A stretch of 64,000 bases of DNA from Penicillus capitatus (taxonomy: Eukaryota; Plantae; Chlorophyta). The stretch covers positions 954,314-1,018,313 of the forward strand of contig OZ287705.1 of assembly GCA_965649825.1 (NCBI GenBank), written 5' to 3'. The position numbers and the translations under genes were made by a program. Positions 1 through 6,899 of the stretch are shown in pieces. The stretch's first letter is position 1. Every line of letters begins with the position of its first letter. The notes beneath the pieces were generated by a model that searched no databases, was not told where the DNA came from, and saw nothing but the letters and a program-made list of their open reading frames with translations.

Positions 1-451
1 ATGTAAACGAACGTTCATTGAGGTGTGAGAGAATATCACGCAAATCGTCATCAATAATGAGATTAAGATCTGTTGGACACAGAGCCTCGTCCATGCCATC
101 TTCTTCATAGTCTCCATCAGGATCTGCAGGTACTTGCACACCATGTCCACTGAATTGAAAGAAAACGATGTCTCCAGGTTTGGACATGCGGACGATGCGG
201 ATAAGTTCTTTTTTGATGTTCTTCCCCGTGGGACGTGCATACCCTTCGCCCGTGTCCACCAGAATCTTAATATTTGCTTCGTCAAAACCGAAATGGCTTG
301 TCAGCAACTCTTTCCAATTCTGAACGTCGTTGGCGCAGCCAGACAGCTCTGCTTTCGTGTTGGGGTAGTTACAGCCAACAAGTAAAGCGCGTTTCGTCCC
401 GTTGTTTTTTGCATGTGACGGAACATGCGTCTTGGAATGTCCTCCGCCCAT
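1..451 (-). CDS. Type II-like metacaspase, 5' part (runs off the left edge of the window)
   Basis: Manual translation from ATG 451: MGGGHSK...KRALLVGCNYPNTKAELSGCANDV...RPTGKNIKKEL...FFQFSGHGVQVP...DEALCPTDLNLIIDDDLR. Catalytic His motif SGHG is present and there is no long prodomain. Missing from the ORF track because no stop falls inside the window. Confidence 0.9.
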   Translation of the reverse strand, partial: MGGGHSKTHVPSHAKNNGTKRALLVGCNYPNTKAELSGCANDVQNWKELLTSHFGFDEANIKILVDTGEGYARPTGKNIKKELIRIVRMSKPGDIVFFQFSGHGVQVPADPDGDYEEDGMDEALCPTDLNLIIDDDLRDILSHLNERSFT

Positions 452-1038
452 TTGAGCGTTTTGAAAACGACAGACGCAGCTGTGGGAGTATCGTGACAAA
501 TGGCAAAAACGGTCGCCTGTGCTGTAACATCCACGTTTTCTACGTTGACAAGACAGGATATGCTGTCTGAGCTTTTTTTTCAATACTGTATCAAAGTATA
601 AAGCATCTGTAAGCATCGTGCGGTTCGCGAAGATGAAATAGTAGAGAGGAACATGGCGACAATAAGAACAACAGAAGATGCTGCTGTCTCTACAACAGAC
701 AATACCAATCCATAGTTCGGACGCTCTTGTAGACACGGAACGTCCACAGGTGTTTCCTGTCTCACCAACACGAACCTCGTTCGTCACGTTCGTCACTTCA
801 CGCTACGGTTCCGACTTGGGCGACATCCTTTCTCTCCATGCAGAAAGATACATTTAATCTGACAATAGAAACGAAACGGCGAATTCAGTTGCGTTTCGTT
901 TCTCAGCGATTCTGTCCGTTCTCGGAATGCAATAAACGGACGAAATGATTGAGAAACGAAACGCAACTGAGTTCGCCGTTTCGTTTCTATCGTCAGAGCC
1001 TAGAGTTTTGTCGAATCGCTTTCTCGCTACAGCTGATC

Positions 1039-2256
1039 ATGTCGACGTCACAGGAGATTGCTAGTGCTGCGCCATCTCGTTGTGCATGCTGTGGCCGACA
1101 GATCCGAAGCGCACGCTTCACGTTCTGTCAAATGCATGCCATGTGCCGCAAGATCGCCAACACGGCACTGCACTTCGACGGTCATCGTGTCGTGCCCTGC
1201 GCGAACGTTCTCGAAGCCATGCACACTTTCTATCGATCGGGCGTCCTCAGTCAGTCCACGGCGGCGGAAATCGCAAGACGTCATCCGCAAGAATACGACA
1301 GTGCGTTCGCATCCAGGTAAACTCTTCTATTCTTTTCTCTTCTCTTACGTCGCTTAACTAACCGTTTTCCTGTAGATTAAACCAAAACGCCAAGACGCTA
1401 ACCCCGTCCACTGGCGTGACGAATCGAAGAGAAGAGTGCTTCGTGTGCAACATCGTAGGTGACGATCCTTACGTCGCGCTCGGCTTCGACCATCTGGATA
1501 TGGCCATCCATGCATTCAGGTAAGTGTGTCTTGTGTGTGCGGTTACTAATGTGTGTTTGTTTGCAGATACGCGTTATACTCAGCAGCGAAGCTGGCGGTC
1601 GGAGAGAGAGTCGCTTCGTTAGGAGAGCTGGTGGAGAGAACGGGAGATGGCGACAGTCGTGCAGCGATACCGAGAGGACCAGTCCTGGAGAGCGACAACA
1701 TGCTGGTGGCCAACATGCCACAGCACGCGGGGATCGCGGTTGACTTGAGGGGAGGCGCGGAAATAACTTCGCGTCCTAACCTGAGGTCGCTGGTTCCCCT
1801 TCCAGTGCCATACGAGACGCCGTCGCCGTGACATTACCTATCGACGCGGTCCATTGATCCGCGGATGTCGCTTCTGGGAAGCAATGGACGCTGTCGAAGA
1901 AGCTGCCGATGCAGCCGAGATCGGCACAGGGCGGCGTCAAGATCGACAGACACCGACATGGATACTGCCTAACAATGAACATGCCCACTTGCGGAACAAC
2001 TTTCGGTGTTGTTCGGATAAACATTCATGCTTCTGTCAGGTGCCGTCGTCCTGCTGTTCTGATGGAATACGATGAGAATAATCCAGAGAAAATGAACATT
2101 AAAACGGACGCGCTGGATCACAGGATTGTAACTGCGATCTGTACGTTTCACAAAACGAACAGCCTACCGCGAACGCGCATTCCTTTACCCTTTCGAGCGA
2201 ATTCTTACAACACTGCACGGGGAGAATCCGTGGTTTCGAAGGTGCCGTCGACGTGA
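1039..2256 (+). CDS. Hypothetical Cys/His-rich spliced protein; 3' structure uncertain
   Basis: Exon 1 MSTSQEIASAAPSRCACCGRQ...FCQMHAMC. Frame-joining GT-AG introns near 1318-1376 and 1519-1566. The exon structure after about 1790 is unresolved. Confidence 0.5.
2055..2212 (+). mobile_element. Solo LTR (158 bp) of the same family as the element at 3628-10073
   Basis: TG...CA termini, flanked by a 4-bp direct repeat CTGC (2051-2054 and 2213-2216). Differs from the full element's LTR by 4 substitutions and 2 single-base insertions. Confidence 0.97.
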
Positions 2257-2448
2257 ACGAGGCGAATCTGTGGTTTCGAAGGTGCCGGTGACCAGTGAAT
2301 TTCTCACGGAACAAGCCAAGGATTACAGAGAATACATAAATCACACACAGTCGACAGTCAAGAGTTTGATAAATAAGGGATAGAAGAAAAAGCAGCACAG
2401 GACGATGTTTCGATTGAGATCACTTAATACTATAAGAATCAGGAATCT

Positions 2449-3625
2449 CTATTTTTCAGCAGACTTTTGGCTTTCAGAGAAACTTCGATTAAATTTTTCC
2501 ACTCCAGCTTGAATAATAGTAAGGTAGTTTGCCCTTCCATGTTGTTTTTCCATTTCCTTCATTTCTAGGCCATACTTAGCGAAGACTTCTGGGAGACTGC
2601 CAGTATCTTCATATTCATCATCCTACAACAAAACATGATCACAAGGTCACAGAGCATACAGGAGTCGAACATCAAGGATCCGTAGAGTGAGAACGGTATT
2701 GTTCAGCTCGGTCAAGCTGACTCCTTCAACAATAACTTCTCCATCTTTACGGCAGAGCACCTCCTTTGCTGTATGCGTGTAGAAAGGCGGGAGAAGATGG
2801 ACGACATCGTTCTGGTCGACAACGCGGAAACTCTCCAGCAGTGTGTCATTGTAGATGCGAGCAAAGGCGGCGTTTCCCACACGCGGGGCACCGAAGTTCA
2901 TCATTGCAATTGCTGGGCCACTTCCGTCCTTATTCCTGCAAGAAGGTCACACAAATGACAACATGTGTGCTATCAGAAACGATTCTCACTTTCGATTGCA
3001 AGACTCAAAGGCACAAAGCGTTGCAAGGGCTCCACCAAGAGAGTGGCCCGTCAGACAGATATTCCAATCAGCCTTCCATTCTGTGATATCGTAGATCACT
3101 TGCAGCAGCACTTCTCTGACGGACTCGTAGGCTTGCAAGAATCCGCTGTGAACTAAGATGCCTGTGTCCTTCAGGGCTGCAGCCGGTTCAATGACGTATT
3201 TGTCTTGACAGGTGGTTCCAAGTCTTGCACGATAGGCTTTCAAATCGAGGAGAATGTCCTTGAAGTTGAACTCCTTCACCTTGCCTGTTTCCGTTCCTCT
3301 GAATGACACAAGAAGTGTCTTCTCGGCAATGTTGCCACGGACCCAAACCTGCATCTCGGCATCACTTCACAGAGAGGAGGACAGGGAGCTGTTTCCTTAC
3401 TTGTGTGTCTGTGGAAGGAGCGTTGATAAAAGCAAGAGGATCCATTGTCAAGTGTCCATATTGAAGAACCCAAGACAATTTGGACAAAACACTCGTTTCT
3501 TGTTGAACAGATCCTGTTCCCACCAGCCAACTCTTCGCATCTCCTTTGACAATTCCTGTCTCTTGGCACAGCTCTAGAGAAAACGTTGCAATGCAACAGT
3601 CGGCATCGGAATCTGCAACGCTTAC
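2449..3625 (-). CDS. HIL1-like C2-domain class 3 lipase, copy 1, 3' portion (downstream of the retrotransposon insertion)
   Basis: Exons encode DPLAFINAPSTDTQ|VWVRG...VSFRGTE, VHSGF, nucleophile motif GHSLGGALA, NFGAPRVGN, RVVDQNDVVHLLP and a C-terminal His (KQHGRANY). Stop at 2449-2451. Confidence 0.9.
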
Positions 3626-3627
3626 GT

Positions 3628-3783
3628 TGTTCTGATGGAATACGATGAGAATAATCTAGAAAAATGAACATTAAAACGGACGCGCTGGATCACAGGATTG
3701 TAACTGCGATCTGTACGTTTCACAAACAAACAGCCTACCGCGAACGCGCATTCCTTTACCCTTTCGAGCGAATTCTCACAGCA
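3628..3783 (+). repeat. 5' LTR (156 bp)
   Basis: TGTTCTGATGG...TTCTCACAGCA; identical base for base to 9918-10073 on manual comparison. Contains TGTAA at 3699-3703. Confidence 0.98.
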
Positions 3784-6700
3784 TGGTTTCGGAGCGAGGT
3801 TTGCATGGCCTGCTCCTCTTCGGATTGAGCCTATTCTGGGTGACTGCACTATGGGGTCACCAATCTGCTGACCTTTCAGATGTCAGAAAGACCACACTTG
3901 AGACTATCCGACACTTCGTACACGGACAAGGCGACTGGACAGACGACTACATTTTCGGTATAAAAAGGAATCTGGATCTACAACTGCTCCACGAAACAGG
4001 GGAGAGAAAGGCCGTGGCAGTAATCTTGTATTGCACAACAAACAAGTGTGACAGCATCTCGGAACGGCTCAGGACAATGAGCACCGAAAAAAATTCACAC
4101 ATGGAAGACTGCATGCACTACATAAAGGGACACAGTGAAGAACACGAGGATCTTGGAGGACAGACGCAAAAAACGATCATTGATGCGATCGGTGAATGTC
4201 CAAACAGCGTCATCGTATACGATGCTCTACAGGGAATGACCCTGAGTGAGGCGAAGGTTCTTGTCAATGTTCTGTCAGAGGGAGGATCACTTACTTGGGA
4301 CGGAAAAACGATAAAAACCACAAACAGTTTGCTTTTCTTAGTAGTGAGTGGGACACAATCCGATAGGGAATGGCGACCGAAGGAGCTTCTAGAGACAGCG
4401 CGACACCGAGTATATGAAATGATCGTCGGGGATAGCGAAGACAACGAAACCCGTGTCTCGATCGCAAGGGCCCTACGTCGAAGATTTGAAGAGGCTGTGC
4501 CGATCTCCCAAGATGATTATCAGAGGGCCCGGGTAGATGAACCGGAGGCGATGGTCGAAGAGTCTACAGAAGGCCCAGCCAAGGCCGAGGAACCAGAAGT
4601 GATGATAGAGGAATCTAGAGAGAGCCCAGAGCCAACGCGTGAGGAAAGCCAAGCATCAATGGAAACACCGGAACAAGAAGCAGTGACAGAGACGACTCCG
4701 GAAGATGTCTTCAATATGCGAGGAGTTGAAGACGCTCTGCCTCAAGCTGAGTGGCCGCTCACAGTGGAACCAGGGGAGGTTACGCCAGAGATGGGCTTTC
4801 AAGAACGCGCCTTCAACGTATTAACACAGTCGGTATTGACAATGGGAATACACGGAATCGTCAATTGGATGGTTGGAGGACGGGTTACCGCAGCAGTATC
4901 ATCACCTGGGATAATCTCCGCCTTCACCGCAGCGACCCTCAACAACATGCCAAAGAAAGAAAGTAAAATGGAACGGGACATGAAGGTTTTCCTCCGAACG
5001 GCTCACGAATTCATGAAATTGATGAATCACACCGCGGAAGTGGGGGAGAAACACAAGAAGCCAACGATCGGGAGCGACGACAGGATGTCGGACGATATGG
5101 CGGATGAAATGAAGAAGACGTTGCACAACATCAAAGGCCACATGGAAAACATCACATCCATCCTCGACGAATGCGCATGTGACGACATAAACGACGGATG
5201 GAAAACTAACCGAGGAGAAGAAACCTGGATAGAGAGAATAGTCACGTGGATCCTCGGCGCTCGAGATAACATGGTGACGTGGACCGTTGGAGTCTTGTGG
5301 GATATATTCGGCTGGCCGGCCCTGCGAGGGGCATTGATAACGAAGAATGGTTGGCAACTGCTCGGAGTCATGATTGTCCTAGGGAAGATCATAAACTGGA
5401 TTGGATCGATCTTCGCATGTTTGGCGAGGAAGATAAGAATGGTAATAGGCATCGTTCGAGGCCTATGGTGGACAATGAGATTCGCATGGTTTTGCCTAAG
5501 ATTCGATTGGGAAGGCCTAAAAGGTTTATGGACGTCCAGAAAGGAGGGACACACGCAGCAGCCTCAGCCTCAGCAACCGCATCAGCCTCAGCCTCAGCAA
5601 CCGCAACCGCAACCGCCTCAAAGAGAAGAAGAAATCGTGACTATAGGTGATGCGAGACAGGAACGTATGATGCAAGAAGTCAGAGAAGAGATTCGCAATC
5701 TCACAGAAGGTGTTGCGCGAAATGCAGAAGAGATGGAGGAAAGGGTAATCAATCAACAACGGATGATGCAAGGCACGATTGAATCAAGCCTCCAAACTTT
5801 AAATCGAAGAGTGGAAGAGTTGGACGACAGAATTCGAAGGGATCCACAGGCGCCAAGGCAACAGGCACGAGCCCCATCGATGAATGACTGGATTGAAGCG
5901 GAGAGAAGGCATCTGGGAGGTGGTATGACAGATCATGACCGCAGACGACTTGAGAGGCAGTATCGGAGAGTGCAGGAACATGTGCAAAGGCAACCACAAG
6001 GAGGAGTGGGAGAAATACAACCAGACGTACATATCGACCAAGTCAAAAGGCAACAAGTTACATTCGGTCCAGCGATCCAAGATCTGCAAAGAATGTTGCC
6101 CAAAGGAAAGGAAGATATTAGCCAGTTTGCGATTCGGTTGACGACTTTAATGGACAAGATCCGACATCCAGAGAAGTACATGGTCGCGTTCGAACGCGTT
6201 TTTAATATTGCCCATCCGAGAATCCAAGCCCAACTTAGGACGCTTGGCTGTGACAACGCCCAAGAGTGGTCACGGGTTCGAAGAATCTTACACGAGTTTA
6301 CATCTGATGGACGAAGCGCGCCAAGAATTCCGTTCCCCGGCAGACAACAGGTCAAATCAAATGGAAACGGATATTTGTGCGAACACTGCAAAACAAGAGG
6401 GCACTCAGCGAGGGATTGTCCACGCAGAAGCACAAAGAGAGTGGCCAAAGACCGTGTTTCTCAGACAAACGTAGTACAGACAACCGATACAGAAACGGGG
6501 ACAAAGCAAAAAAGGTTGATCCGATACAATCTTCCTTTGAAGATTGCTGGCATTCCCAACAAGATTTCGTTCTTGTTGGACACCGGGGCAGAAACCAATG
6601 TTTTGTCGGAATCCTTGGCTAGAACCCATCAGTTTGTCTTAGAAACAACGTCGACCAAAGAAGTAACTGGATTTGACAATAGCACGAGTAAACCTTTAGG

Positions 6701-6899
6701 AGAAGTCACGTTAGATTGTTCTCTTGGCGACAAGGAAACAAAACTCTCGTTCTTAGTATGCAAGGGGGTGACAAAGCCAATTTTGGGGTTAGAAGCTTTA
6801 CAAACGCTAGGCCTCCGTTTAGATTGCGAACAAGATTGTGTTTTTGATAGTGACGGTAGAAAGATTCTTATTCACCAGGTATCATTGCCAAAAAACTGA
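3783..6899 (+). CDS. gag-pro: Extended Gag-protease polyprotein (1038 aa): signal peptide, Torsin/LAP1-like domain, membrane segment, coiled coil, Gag core, CCHC knuckle, aspartic protease
   Basis: Zinc knuckle CEHCKTRGHSARDC (6378-6419), protease FLLDTGAETN (Asp codon 6579), hydrophobic N-terminus, and Trp-rich hydrophobic region at aa ~480-585. Confidence 0.92.
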   Translation: MVSERGLHGLLLFGLSLFWVTALWGHQSADLSDVRKTTLETIRHFVHGQGDWTDDYIFGIKRNLDLQLLHETGERKAVAVILYCTTNKCDSISERLRTMSTEKNSHMEDCMHYIKGHSEEHEDLGGQTQKTIIDAIGECPNSVIVYDALQGMTLSEAKVLVNVLSEGGSLTWDGKTIKTTNSLLFLVVSGTQSDREWRPKELLETARHRVYEMIVGDSEDNETRVSIARALRRRFEEAVPISQDDYQRARVDEPEAMVEESTEGPAKAEEPEVMIEESRESPEPTREESQASMETPEQEAVTETTPEDVFNMRGVEDALPQAEWPLTVEPGEVTPEMGFQERAFNVLTQSVLTMGIHGIVNWMVGGRVTAAVSSPGIISAFTAATLNNMPKKESKMERDMKVFLRTAHEFMKLMNHTAEVGEKHKKPTIGSDDRMSDDMADEMKKTLHNIKGHMENITSILDECACDDINDGWKTNRGEETWIERIVTWILGARDNMVTWTVGVLWDIFGWPALRGALITKNGWQLLGVMIVLGKIINWIGSIFACLARKIRMVIGIVRGLWWTMRFAWFCLRFDWEGLKGLWTSRKEGHTQQPQPQQPHQPQPQQPQPQPPQREEEIVTIGDARQERMMQEVREEIRNLTEGVARNAEEMEERVINQQRMMQGTIESSLQTLNRRVEELDDRIRRDPQAPRQQARAPSMNDWIEAERRHLGGGMTDHDRRRLERQYRRVQEHVQRQPQGGVGEIQPDVHIDQVKRQQVTFGPAIQDLQRMLPKGKEDISQFAIRLTTLMDKIRHPEKYMVAFERVFNIAHPRIQAQLRTLGCDNAQEWSRVRRILHEFTSDGRSAPRIPFPGRQQVKSNGNGYLCEHCKTRGHSARDCPRRSTKRVAKDRVSQTNVVQTTDTETGTKQKRLIRYNLPLKIAGIPNKISFLLDTGAETNVLSESLARTHQFVLETTSTKEVTGFDNSTSKPLGEVTLDCSLGDKETKLSFLVCKGVTKPILGLEALQTLGLRLDCEQDCVFDSDGRKILIHQVSLPKN
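3784..3802 (+). promoter_or_regulatory. Primer-binding site, initiator tRNA-Met-like
   Basis: TGGTTTCGGAGCGAGGTTT immediately follows the LTR. It matches the remembered complement of the plant tRNAiMet 3' end (TGGTATCAGAGCCAGGTTT) at 16 of 19 positions. Confidence 0.7.
5556..5621 (+). repeat. Gln/Pro low-complexity coding repeat in ORF1
   Basis: QQPQPQQPHQPQPQQPQPQPPQ, including a near-tandem 24-nt unit CAGCCTCAGCCTCAGCAACCGCA(T/A). Confidence 0.9.
6890..6896 (+). promoter_or_regulatory. -1 programmed ribosomal frameshift heptamer A AAA AAC
   Basis: X XXY YYZ heptamer in the ORF1 frame directly before the TGA at 6897. The -1 frame is open from 6896 to 9925 (6896-7103 checked codon by codon; the rest is the listed ORF). 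Confidence 0.8.

Noticed and set aside
2224-2287. Two 24-nt near-identical units at 40-nt period containing TGGTTTCGAAG, similar to the PBS start
   Set aside because: Not adjacent to the solo LTR end, which is closed by its own TSD; only two copies. Most simply a local duplication with chance similarity.
3628-3783. Antisense LTR frame open for all 52 codons
   Set aside because: A stop-free run of this length in one of six frames is plausible by chance; it has no start or recognisable motif.
4443-5160. N-glycosylation sequons NET, NHT and NIT in the predicted luminal part of ORF1
   Set aside because: Three in about 450 aa is near chance, and an NLT also occurs on the predicted cytosolic side, so this is not used as topology evidence.
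4118-6448. Several antisense ORFs of 100-175 aa inside ORF1
   Set aside because: Shadow frames of Glu/Arg-rich coding sequence with no motifs.
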